Source: Gekko japonicus (taxonomy: Eukaryota). From it: a stretch of DNA of 64,000 bases. The notes beneath the pieces were generated by a model. It had not been told where the DNA came from. It did not search any database and was given only the letters and a program-made list of their open reading frames with translations. The stretch lies in the NCBI RefSeq assembly GCF_001447785.1, contig NW_015170904.1, forward strand, positions 810,371-874,370, written 5' to 3'. Below are positions 26,220 to 38,205 of the stretch, piece after piece. A program made the translations under genes and the position numbers. Within the stretch, counting starts at the first letter, position 1. Each line of letters opens with the position of its first letter.

Positions 26220-26790
26220 TGTTGAGTCTACTTAATCCTCCTTCCTGTGCTGGTTCTGACTGGTCGCCATGGATATACTTCATTGAGACTAGATACACAA
26301 TCCAAAAGCAAGCCAAAAAACAGTGCCAAGGGTCAGAATGCTGGGAAATCAGTTGGGTCTGTTGCTACTCAGGCAGCCAGGACAAGGCCCGAGATTGCAT
26401 GGTTGCATCCGCACCGAGGCAGGTGAGTATGGTTGCTTATACTCCGATCCTCCCTTCCCTGGGAGGCGACCTGCAAAGACTCATGGCCCCTCACGTTGCC
26501 TTTGCAACAGCTGAAATCTGGCACTCCTCTGTCTCTCCTGCACCTCCAGACGCTGGTGTGCCCCGCATCTGGGACATTCAGGTGAGCTAGGTGGGAACTC
26601 TGGCCTCGAGGAGTCTCCAACTGGAGTTGCTGGGCGAGGCTGTTCCTCCAACTGCACCTCAGATGCTGGAGCCTCTCCTTCCACAGGTGCTGGCAAAGGT
26701 CCGTCTTTGGGGCTGACTCCAGAGGAGGCTGGGTTGCTCTGTGCCTCGTCTGAGGAATAGTCAGTCTCGTCTGAGCCAGGACCCATGACA
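26220..26790 (-). mobile_element. Solo LTR-like element (probably Gypsy-type)
   Basis: TG...CA termini. On the minus strand: a low-complexity ORF ending in an RQRSARFQ motif, then TATAAG and a decayed polyA signal (AATGAA). No clean TSD. Confidence 0.5.
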
Positions 26791-27638
26791 CTTCCTTTCC
26801 AATATTCCAGTCAAGTGGAACAAACTGGCTTGGAAGGTGGTGGTCTCTTCACTTGAGCTGTTTAAGCACAGACAAGGCTAGATAACTGTGTTATAGTGCA
26901 TTGCTACACTGAGCAGGGAGTTGGACTAGAAAACTTACAAGATTTCTTCCAACTATGACCTTACTTCTCCTTGTCCAGTGAGAGGTCTATCTACGGAGGA
27001 TATGGTTGGAAACTACATGACACAACAATCTTGTTGAAGCTAAGCAGGTCTAAGTCTGACCGGTGATTAGAAGGGTAACATTTTCACAATCACTTTTATC
27101 CTATGTAAGCCATCTTGATTCCTATGACAGAAGAAAGGTGTGAGGATAAAGACGAAAGAGTGAACTAGACTGACATATAATTTACTATTTTTAAAATTGT
27201 ATACATATTTCAAATAACCTGAAGAGAAAACTGATGAAATACAACCCTTCCAGGGTGTGACTGAGGATACAAAAATTAAAAAATGGCTAAATGAGAGTCC
27301 ATGTATTACTGTGGCTTCGTACACAGACCCATAGTTCCTTTCTGGTGATCTTCATTGAGGGCCACTTCAGATGCAAAACTTCAGTAAGGCATTTCAGAGA
27401 CAAAAAAATTTTAAAATGTGCAGCTCCCTTCCTGGTACTAGCTGAACTGAATCACTTTACAGAGAGTTAAAATGTACATATTGTAATATTTTGAAAGATA
27501 ATGTAAAACAAATTTAAAAGGTAAGCTCATTTTGCAAACATATATACTCTGTGATATATATATTTTTTTAAAAACAACTCCTGAGAACCATAATGGAGTA
27601 TTTCCTCAGGGGACACTCTACCCAGCTTCACATGTAAT

Positions 27639-27996
27639 TCCTGTAGCATTATAAAGCCAGCCTATAAGACTGTATAGAAGGCTAATATTTTTTTAAAAAG
27701 ATCCCCCCGAAAGTGACAGAGCATCCCCTGCACATGCGCAGGGAACACTCTGTAGCTGGCCTCGCCGCCGCCGCGCCGCCTCCTCCTCCTCGGAGTCGGG
27801 CGGGCGGGGAACCGGCCTCGCCGCCGCCGAGCCCGGCAAAGGGGGGGAAGGACCGGCAGAGCCCGGCCGGGTCGGAGCCGGGCGGGGTGGGGGGTGGAGG
27901 ACCGGCCTCGCCGCCGCAGCCTCGGGGAGATTGAGGGGGGGATGGAGGAGACGGAGCTCTTCTCCCCCCCCGCGAGTATCGCGGGTCCCCCTCTTG
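27639..27996 (+). mobile_element. GC-rich non-autonomous element, candidate Helitron
   Basis: Subterminal hairpin CCCGCGA-gta-TCGCGGG (27969-27985) followed by CTTG|T; no TIR or TSD; three internal GGCCTCGCCGCCGC repeats. Confidence 0.5.
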
Positions 27997-30251
27997 TGTA
28001 TATATAAACACACAAAATATTTCTAGTGCTTGAGAACACTTTTTTCAGTCCTAGGCTTTAACTTTCTCAGGGAAGTACTACCGTCTGACTGTGGGAAGCT
28101 ACATGTGATTCACAACACACTTAATGTGCTTGGAAAATCCTCACAGAGGCTCAGATGATATACCTTGCATCTGCTGGTATAGCTGTGTCTTCCTTATGAA
28201 GGTGATCTCCCACTGTGCAGCACGTTCTTCTGGCACTACTTGCTTTCTGCTGGTGCCAGAATAAAATGCAAATGTGTTGTCTTTCAATGAGCAGAGGACC
28301 ATGTAATCCAAGCCCCAGAACTACCTCTGCAATGGATGGACAGGAACACAAGCAGTAGCAAGGTAATGGGTTGGCTCTAACCAGCTTTTCCACTGGGGAA
28401 AAAGAAATGAGGGAGGTCCCACTTTGACTACCAAAAAGTGCTTCAATGGGATTGAGTGAACAAGCTGGCTGGCTCCAGCCCACAGGAGTGAAGTCAAATA
28501 CTCAGACAGTTTTACTGAAGAACAAAACCACTCTTAGAACTGATAACATATGTTGATGAATGGTGAAGAGCCTCAGTACACTCTCAGATTACAATAAAAC
28601 ATCCTTTTATTTAATCTGAGTACCTTTCAGTGTATAAATCCAAAAGGCAACAACCCCTTTTCCGGCTAATTTTATTTATCAACTGGTTGGTTGAAGCAGG
28701 TTAGAAAAACTTCTCTGCTCAGCCTTCCGGGTATTCGAATGCTCTTTAGTGGCTAAAGCCAGTTCAGACCAATTCAGTTAGGACACCATTCCAGCCATTT
28801 CCACAGTCATATATAATAGATTTAGTGACCTTCTAGCATTTAGGAATAACAAAAGGTCAGATTAACTCAGTACCTGAAACAGCTGACGTTTTCATGTCAT
28901 TTTCGTGATGTTTCACTTTTTAAATTTTTTTGTTGAGAATGTTTATCACATGCTTAAATATCTCCTATTGATTGGAAGGCCTGAACAGCCCTTAATGTTG
29001 ATGGGATTATTCCCTAAATTCATCAATAGAGTTGCCTTTCATATGAAATTGCCTTCTGTTGAATCAGACCAACGGTCTATCATGCAGTGCTTGTTGTAGT
29101 CTAGTTTAACTGTCATACTCAGGCCGGTAGATAGCGGTCTGTATTAAGGCCACCTTGAGAATTCTTGGCAGAAGTGAGATTTAAATTGTGGACTTACTGG
29201 CTCACCACTAAACTGGCGGCTAAAGCCAATTCAGACCCGTCCCATGTGACAACACTTAGACATTTGTCAAGAACACGTATGCTGTATAATTTTTCAAATG
29301 GACTGGAATGTAAGACTTCTACTTTATACTTGCAACTGCAACACTTCAGCAAAAACATCTGGCAGTATTGGCTCCTTACGGGAAATGTAGCAGTTGTGTT
29401 TATTTGGACAACCTCTGTAGCCATCTTTATGTAATCACAGAAGTCTGAAAGCCATTTTGTCTTTGAGTTCTAATGTTAATCTGAAGGTAACTGTCCTTTC
29501 AAAGATTAATTCCACTCTAAGCAATAACCATTATTTACCAGAATTTGACGGTTTTATCACTCATCATTTTAGGAAATTTCCATTGAAAATGCTAAGATGG
29601 TTTGTCATAAGGCACATAACTGCTTTAGCTCTGAAAATGACCAACACAAGTGCCTGTACTCAAACATTAAATTATACTGTAATTAATAAAGACAGTTAAA
29701 CTGTCTACCAGCAACAGCAATTTAGGTAGCCACACTTGATTGGCTATAAATTGTAACTACATTAAAATTCCAGAAATATTAGCAATATGGATTACTTGAT
29801 GGAAATAGGTGCTGATCACCAACACTCCTATTTTACAACAGAAGCTCAGGTCATGTCGGCCACGAAACGGTGGGCGAAGATCAGGCCTGAGCACTTTTAA
29901 TCTTGTGAAACAAGCAATTACAAATAGTTGCATCGATTTGTTAAAAAGCTTTGGGTGACATAAATTGTTTCCTGTTTAGCTTCTGGCTCTGACACATAAA
30001 TGTCACCAAGTCTAATATTAATTAGGGTCATGGAACAACAAGGGGCAGCTGATGTGGCTTACGGTCAGCGCTGCGTCAATCCTTTTGTGTGCCTTAAGAA
30101 AGGCAAAGGAACCTGGCCAATAAAGCCTCTCTTATGTGTCCTACTTATTCCAAGTCCTCAGTGTTTTGGACCATGACAGCCATTTCAGACAATGTTTTAG
30201 ACAAGAGATGTGGTTTTGAAATTTCAGCTTACTGTGTACACTTAGATAAAT

Positions 30252-30395
30252 TCAGGTGGGGGTAGCCATGTTGGTCTGAAGCAGCAGAACAAAGTTTGAG
30301 TCCAGTGGCACCTTTAAGACCAACAAAATTTTATACAAAGCTGTGTGCATACAACACTTCTTCAGATACAATGAAATGGAAGTTACCAGTGAGCA
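30252..30395 (-). mobile_element. Penelope-like element terminal fragment (left arm of an inverted pair)
   Basis: gtagccatgttggtctgaagcagcagaacaaag...gcacctttaagaccaac...cacttcttcagatac, typical of reptile PLE ends; reverse-complementary to 30935-31075. Confidence 0.75.
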
Positions 30396-30589
30396 GTTAA
30401 TTAGCATACAGCATAATGAAGATGTTTAACAGATTCAAAGACCAAATAGGAATAACAAGTTTAGTTTATATGGTTACCATTTGTTTGGGCTTAATTCGTG
30501 GGGGGGGGACATAGTGAAGGGAATAAATATATCAGAATTTGAGATTGATGGGGAGATGACAAATGGTAACAATATAAACTAAGCTTATC

Positions 30590-30880
30590 TATCATCAAGT
30601 TTATTGTATTAGCCATTGGCCATAACAAAACATAAATACAAACACAATCCTTATACATCACATTAAGTTATCCCTTCACTAACTTGCGCTGAATCCTAGC
30701 CTTAATCTTATCTTTTTTGCCGCCAAAGCAAACAGGGACGTTCTGCTGGTAACATATACGTCCATATCAGAGAGCCAAAAAAACAACCAACTCCTGTTTT
30801 GAGAATCCATTGTGCAAAGGTAAAATAGGGTATATAAATCTCTGCCTAAGTGATTCGTGCCATGAGCATCTAAGCTTATC
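30590..30880 (-). mobile_element. 3' fragment of a LINE (RTE-X-like)
   Basis: Minus-strand peptide ...WLSDMDVYVTSRTSLFALAAKKIR resembles squamate LINE ORF C-termini, followed by a ggctaatacaataaac tail. Family assignment is from memory. Confidence 0.45.
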
Positions 30881-30934
30881 CATGTTTGGTCCTTGAATCT
30901 GTAAACCTTTTCACTATGTTGTACGCTCATTTAC

Positions 30935-31075
30935 TGCTCACCCTTACCTATATGTATGAACTGGTAACTTCCATTGTCGTTGTATCTGAAGAAGTGTGAG
31001 TACACACGAAAGCTTACGCCTTGAATAAACATTGTTGGTCTTAAAGGTGCCACTGTACTCGAACTTTGTTCTGTG
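30935..31075 (+). mobile_element. Penelope-like element terminal fragment with a minimal hammerhead motif
   Basis: CTGAAGA-a-GTGTG-agta-CACAC-GAAA-gctt, then AATAAA and gttggtcttaaaggtgccac. Confidence 0.78.
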
Positions 31076-34000
31076 TTCACTTAGGCAAATTTTTCTTTCT
31101 AAGCCTCAGTTCTCATCCCTTGTAGTGGTATTATTACTTCACAATGATTGCCATGGCGAATATATGAAAGCATTTCTTCAGAACAGGAGCATATCTAGGC
31201 ATTATGTTTACCGGAGGAAATAGTGCCCCTGTGATGTGTTTCTTGCTCATTTACGAGTGAGGGCATTCTGTTGTGATTTCCGCTGCCAGTGCACAATGTT
31301 GACATAGATTTATAGGAGGAGAAACTCATGATGGTGAGTGGCATGACGCCATGAAGCTGGAGGCTGGGGAAGGGAATTTACATGGGGATCCTCTCCCCGC
31401 AGCAAGTGTAACATCTAGATCAGCTCATAGTTGAACAATTAGCAAAACACCTGGAAAGTCTTTTTGCAGTGTTCTCACACAATGTGAAGCTGTGCTTTTC
31501 CACCTTCACCAAGAGAGAAAGGCTGCATTCAGACTGCATGAACAAACTGTGGTTTCTTTATGATGAGAAAAAGCTGGGAAGACCTTGGATTTATGTGTAG
31601 GTGGGAAACTTGTTTAACTCCCGCTTGCAGACTCCAATTGTAGAGAACAAACCACAGTTTGGGGTTTTTGCTGTGTTTCAGATGACACAACAAACTGCAG
31701 TTTGTCCTGGAGCAAAAAGTCTTATTTCCAAACTGTATGCAAGAGGTGGAAATGATGTTTTTGGGATGTAACTAGTAGGAAATTTGACTTTCATCTGCAT
31801 TACATCTCAGTGACATGGAACACATTGCCATGTATGCATACGTATCCTATCTCTGCTGATCTTCATGCATAGACTATCTTTTCCCTTGCAGCAACATGAA
31901 ATGTCTGGGCAGTCACATGGAAGGCATAGTTCATCTTCTGGAAGGATATCTAATGCAGATGTGTAGACCATGTGGAAGTCCTCAGTGATACAGAAAAACT
32001 AATCATTGGATGGGGCATTTATACACAAAACAATGCTGTAGAATTTCTAAATAATAACAATATATGTGGAGTGTTTGCATTAGTGGCATATTCATTTCAC
32101 GCTTCTGTTGGATAAATTACAGTTCCTTCCCTATAACACAGAATTCCACAAAGACTTTTTAAAAACTCAACAAAATGCTGTTTATAAAAAAGACCTTTTG
32201 CTGCTCAACACACACATCATTTCTACATGTGGAAATTAAGCGCACATTATAGTCTGGTATGCATTTGAAGGTTTCTATGTTAATATTTTTTTAACTCTCC
32301 CCCCCCCCAGCGGAGCCATACAACCTATTTACTTAACATAAATCAAATGTATCATATTCACTGTTTTCTTTAGATTGGTGGGCAACATAGAAAAATACAG
32401 TAAGATTCTTTAGAAAAAAAACTCGAGAAAATTTATTAAATATGATTTCACTGTAATAGAATATTAATGGAACCCAATGCTCTTTTCCCATTAAGGTGAT
32501 CTCTTTTTAATACACACATGCTTTTTATTATTTTGCACTCATGCGAAAATTCCACATTGAGAGAGTTTCCATCTACTTAGGAATGTCTCTGGCGAAGGGC
32601 GAGTTAGAAATAGTGAGCTAGAGGAAAAATAGTGGCAACGATTACCAAAGGATAAGAGGTGGCACACTACAGATGAAATAATGTGGAGAGAAAAAATTGC
32701 CAGTGATATAATAAAAGGGTAAAAGCCATTCAACCCAGAAAGGGAAGCTACAGAAACAATTATATTTTAAATCCTCCTTTCTTACGTCGCTACTGCCAAG
32801 ATGAAAATGTTTGATTTGCAACATAAAAGATTCATTAATTACCACTTCAATATTTAAAGCTATTTTGCTGACTAACAAAGGCAGATAAAGTGCTGATTTG
32901 AGCCGTTTAATTGTAAAACATTTCCCACCAAGTTTACCAGTGTTGGGGATTATTGCTTTAGCTCCAAGGTTTGCAAACTTTGTGTGACCAAACTGCTCAC
33001 AGTCAATAAGAAAACTGACTGAACAGTGGGAAATAAAGCCAAGTGAAGATTAAAATCTGGTTCCTTTGAGAAGATTAAACTGGTGCTAGTAGGGATGCCA
33101 GCCTCCAGGTGGGGCCTGGAGATCTGGAATTACAGCTCATTTTGTGGCTACAGAGATCAGCTCCCTTCAGGCCTATAGCCACGAGGAGGGGGGGACTCTT
33201 GGGGCAATGCCCCATCCCAAATTTGCCGTGCCCCCTCCTGTCCTCTTGGAGATAGAGAAGGAGAGNNNNNNNNNNNNNNNNNNNNNNNNNNNNNNNNNNN
33301 NNNNNNNNATGGCCTGCCCCAGTGTCTCACTGCACCTGTGCCAGGGCAGCAAGATAGGGGCTCACTGTGGTGGTCGGTGGCAGAGATGATGTGGAGCCAG
33401 GGAGTGGTGGGTTGCCTCAGCCATCACCGCCACCAGAGCAGCAGCAACAGTCACTGTCACAATAGCCTCAGTTTAGTCATTTAGCTTCTAGGGAGAGTTC
33501 AGGCTTACTTCCTGTGAAATCAACCTTCAGAAGTGAGGAAGATAGCTATCAGGACTGGGCTTTTAGAATGGCAGCACCATCCTGTCTGTGGATTTCCCTC
33601 CTTGTTCATATCCACCATGTATCCACTGTAGATTGTGCTAGGCATCAACTGAAAACTATCCTGGTTGCTCAAGTTTTGGGTGGCACTTGCTGATTGTTCA
33701 GACTTGCTAGGTTCTGTGTTCTGTTTTATAAATTCTACATGGTGTTGATTGTTTTATTCAGTGTGAGGGATGCATGAGAGTGTGAGCTAGTGGAAACAAG
33801 AGCAAGATTAAATGGAAACCCTTTTAGATAGATGATTGATAGATTGGTAATCTAGAGGAAGCCAGTGAAGTAATTGGAGTACTTGTAAAAAAGGTCTACC
33901 ATTCCATTACATCTTTTTCCCAGCTGGTGGAGGTGCTTACTTCAGTGGTGAAGCACCTGCTTTACATGTATAGTTTTCAGGTTTGGTCCCTGCTTTTTTT

Positions 34001-34096
34001 CATTAAAAGACTCTCAGGAATTAGGATGGGAACGGACCAGAGGTCTTGTTGGGCAACTGTCAGCGAAAGCAGACAATACTGGGATAGATGGGATAG

Positions 34097-34886
34097 ATGT
34101 TGCACAACTCTTACTGTAAAAAGGTTTTTCCTAATATCCAGCCGGTACCTTCCCGCCCTTAATTTAAACCCATTAGTGTGAGTCCTATCCTCTACTGCCA
34201 ACAGGACAGCTCCCTGCCCTCCTCTAAGTGACAACCCTTCAAATACTTAGAACTTCCTCTTCTCCAGACTGAACATTCCCAAGTCCCTCAGCCTTTCCTC
34301 ATAGGGCCTGGTCTCCAGTCCCTGGATCATCCTAATTGCTCTCCTCTGCACCCGCTTCATTCTGTCCACATCCTTTTTGAAGTGAGACCTCCAGAACTGC
34401 ACACAATACTCCAGGTGCAGCTTGATCAATGAAGTGTACAGGGGGACTATGACATCTTGTGATTTGGATGTTATGCCTCTGTAGATACACCCCAAGACTG
34501 CATTAGCTTTTTTTGTTGCTGCATCACATTGGCTGCTCATATTTAATTTATGGTCCACCCGTACTCCAAGATCTTGGTCACACACACTACTACGCAGAAG
34601 TGTATCCCCCATCCAGTATGCATGTTCCTCATTTTTGTTGCCCAGATGTAGCTCAGCACTCATCCTTGTTAAATTGCATCTCTTTCACATCCATCCATTT
34701 TACCAGTGTGTTCAGATCTTGTTGAATTCTGCCTCTGAAATCCAGGTAAACAAATCAACAGCATTCCCTTGATCCAGTAAGCTGGTCACTCAATCAAAGA
34801 AGGAAATGAGGTTGGTCTGGCAGGACCTGTTGGGGACAAATCCGTGCTGACTTGCCTAAATCACCAAGTTGTCCTTTAGATGCTCT
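34097..34886 (-). mobile_element. CR1 LINE ORF2 (reverse transcriptase) fragment with an internal deletion
   Basis: Peptides SQHGFVPNRSCQTNLISFFD, DLGVRVDHKLNMSSQCDAATKKANAVLGCI...LEYCVQFW...PYEERLRDLGMFSLEKR and RYRLDIRKNLFTVRVV; contains stops and frameshifts. Confidence 0.95.
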
Positions 34887-34900
34887 CCTTGCATAACTGT

Positions 34901-35342
34901 GGCCCCTGCCACACGGCAGGGAAACGACGAGGTAAAGCGCGGCTAAATAGAGCCGCTCCAAAGTTGAGACGCTGCGGCGGGATCCCACGGATCCCCTGGC
35001 CGCAGCGCCTCTTCTCCCCGGCAAGAGCAGACGCCGGGGAGGATGAGCCAGATGGGAGGGGGAGGCTGCCGAACTGCGCATGCCCGAGCATGCGCAGTAC
35101 GGCCGGGGGCCGGGATGCGGCGGCGCAAGGACGCGCCGCCGATCCCACGGCCGGCTTGGGGCGCCCCAGACGATTGCTACCACCTAGATAGGTGGTTCGT
35201 CTTTGCAGCGGGGTATTGCCATTTGGGCCGGATCAGGGACGGAGACGGCACGCTCACCAGATGTTGAGGTGAGATCGCGCCTGTTTGCTCCGCCCCAGTT
35301 CCGTCCCGCTCCCGGCCCAAATGGGCTCGTATGAACGGGGCC
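34901..35342. mobile_element. CpG-rich MITE (Harbinger-like termini)
   Basis: Imperfect TIRs GGCCCCTGCCACACG / CGTATGAACGGGGCC and three internal hairpins. No clean TSD. Confidence 0.6.
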
Positions 35343-36264
35343 AGAGAAAAGCAGAATATGAGGAACCACAATAACCGTGAGATCTTGATGCTTCCAAATA
35401 TTTCCAAGTTATCATTGTTTTTGTAATCAGCTATATCAGAGATGTTAAGGAGTAGAAGGGCTTCCATCTGGTTTTGATTGTTAGTTTATTTTCAAGTACA
35501 TATCTCAACTTAGCTTCACAATGGTCTTTGTATGAATGGGCTTGTATGGATAAGTTAGGAGTCCTATACCTTATCATAAAATTTAAAAGAAAGCAGTAAA
35601 TAAATAGACTTTTTTTATTACTTGAAGTAATGATTTTCGTAATAAAAATGTTTCATTCCATTTCTAGCCAGCTTTTCTCTGCATATTTTTGAAGTAAGCG
35701 TGGGTATCATTTTATAATTTTTGGCAACCCTCCAAACATAAAGTGCAACCAATACTGCTTATTAAAGGCTATTTTGTAAACTTTGATGCTTGGCTGTCAC
35801 AATGAAACCATCCCCCTGGCAATTAACTTCTACTAGTTGTATGGCTATAACGTTTTCAGAATGAGGTTCAGAATGGCTAAATGCAGAACAAAAACATAGG
35901 ATAAGAGTCAGGTGATAGGCTGCTTACTGCAAAGTTCATTTCCCCTCCAAAGTCCTTCTTTAATTATGAAAGCTGCAGAATCCATTTCCTTTGGTGTGCA
36001 AAAAGGTGTGTAATTAAACCATCAGTATAATACCTTTCTACATGTAAAACCTGCACTTATGAACTTTAACTGCTGAATAAAAACTCCTATTACATGACCA
36101 TTAAGTATTATGAATAAAGCGAGTCATTGTAGTACTTGATTAATTTTTATGCACTAAGCTTTGTGTTCAGCAGAAATTTGATTTCCATTGGTGTCTATAC
36201 CCCAGAGGTTTGTGGGTCTTTGTGGTTCATCCTCCCTGCCCTTCTTATGCTGATTCTTAACTTA

Positions 36265-36352
36265 CAGTACAGTCCTAAACAGAGTTACATCCTTCTAAAT
36301 CTAATGACTTCAGTTGATTTAGAAGGGTGCAACTCCCCTTTGGATTGCATTG
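36265..36352. mobile_element. Short palindromic MITE (~88 bp); related copies near 10680, 39780 and 46085
   Basis: gagttacatccttctaaatc ... gatttagaagggtgcaactc inverted arms; the motif recurs in the window. Confidence 0.6.
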
Positions 36353-37419
36353 CCAAGCTATGATGTCTAGTTACTGGAACTCCATTTTCCTCCTTTGCTT
36401 CCAGCCTTCCCACTTGCTGAACATAAATGCATCTCACATTGTCTATGTTGAAGTTTGGGTTGAGGCTCGCAAGGCAAAAGCCCCTGTCCATCACCCAACA
36501 GAAAATTTTCATACCTAATAAATTATATGATGGATAGGTAAATGAAATATAATAGGGAAGCTTCTGAAATCCTCCCCAAAAGGATTTCTCCTTCAAAATA
36601 CCATTCCAGTCTAAGCTATCCATCTGACAGAAAGCCATACATATTCTATTTATTTCCCTATGATGTGTTCCAGATTTTGCGATGGGGGACATACACGTTG
36701 GATGCATAAGCATGTCGATTTGCCATTATACTAAGTAGAGTCTGAAACTTTCCTCTACCCTAACTAAGCAGGGGTCATTTCGTAGAAAAAGAGCTGCAAG
36801 AGTTCATTAGCATAACTCATTAGCATATGCCACACCCCCTGACATCACCAGAAATGTGTCAGAAGGCACCACTGGACTGTTTTGGATTGCTAGCTATTGG
36901 GGGTGGGGAACGTGCAGATCTGTCCTCACAGAGGAGGGAGAGCTTCTACCTGAATAAAACTTGGTTTTAAAGGTGCCACTGGACTGTTTTGGACTGGGGG
37001 GGGGGGCTCTGCAACTTACCTGGCTGCTTATTGCTCTGACTGAGGGTTGCTTGTTGCATGTGCCTACCCCCTGGGCTCTTTACTGCTGGAGCTCTGCTCC
37101 TGTGCGCTCCTGCAGGAAATTACCCCTGACCCTAAGTAGGAAGCCTTCAGCTTACCTGGTTCTTCAACCAATGTAATTTCCTCCCTCCTAAGGTTGGATG
37201 CACACCATATTTATCACTGGAAGTACATGGAAGTGAGACTAGCTATGTACATCCACAAAACTGACAATTCAGAGTGGGTTATCAGAAAAATGTAGAATGG
37301 GGCACATCAAAACCATGAAACAATTCTGACATTAGTTTAACATCTTTTCTCTACCTGTAGCATGAGATAATAGTTCTCACCTGTCTCTTGACTGGGGCAT
37401 GTTCAGGTACTATTTGCTT

Positions 37420-37820
37420 AGCATGATCTCTGTGCCCTTGCCTTTAGATGATGTGGGTGGCAAGCAGAAACAGGGCATTTTCAGTGGTGGTGCCTTGCCT
37501 CTGGAATACCCTCCTCCTTGAATCTTACCTGGCATCCACCTTTACTTTCTTTTTGACACTAAGGTTTAATTAAGGGGGGTGTTATCTTTTAATTGTATGG
37601 CCTGCTTCTGGACCAGCCCAAGGATCATGTTATCTGCATCATTTTAGGCAGCTCATTATGTATATTATACTGTTTTTAGGTCCTGGCCTGTTCTAAGGGC
37701 ATTGGCCCATTTTTAATGGTTGTTTTTCAAGGGCTTTGTTTTTAATGGCTTTGTGTTATTATATTAGTTGTATGCCACCTCAAGCAGGTTTCTGGAGTGG
37801 CAGCATATAATTTTTCCAAA
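37420..37820 (+). mobile_element. Old L2-like LINE 3' end
   Basis: agggcattttcagtggtggtgccttgcctctggaataccctcc motif and tail; a similar relic lies at ~60170-60555. Confidence 0.55.
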
Positions 37821-37999
37821 TTAAAAAAAAGATTATTTATTTATTTATTTATTATTTAGATTTTTATCCCGCCCTCCCCGTAGGCTCAGGTAGTCAGAAT
37901 TTTAGAAAACTAAAGGAGCCAACTCTAACCAAGAGGGGTACACATTCTTTCATGGGGTGACCCACTAAATTGGAACTAGATAAACATATGGAACAGAGG

Positions 38000-38205
38000 T
38001 CCATCAGTGGCTATTAGCTACAAAGTATAGATAGGAACTCTTGGTCTGGGGCAAGTGATGTTCTGTATTCTTGGTACTTGGGGGGGGGGCAGTGGGAGTG
38101 CTTCTAGTGTGCTGGCATCCTGATGGTACATGATTGGCCACTGTGTGACAGAGAGTTGGACTGGATAAGCCATTGGCTTGATCCAACATTGGCTTCTTAT
38201 GTTCT
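38000..38205 (+). mobile_element. CR1-type 3' UTR fragment
   Basis: Reverse complement of the 44972-45338 element; ends ggcttcttatgttct. Confidence 0.7.

Noticed and set aside
27662-28039. Overlapping Arg/Gly/Pro-rich ORFs, or a CpG-island promoter of an unknown gene
   Set aside because: The ORFs reflect stop-codon scarcity in a short GC-rich insert. There is no splice structure or recognisable protein, and the sharp boundaries indicate a TE.
34794-35267. Several ORFs on both strands
   Set aside because: By-products of a GC-rich MITE next to a CR1 fragment.
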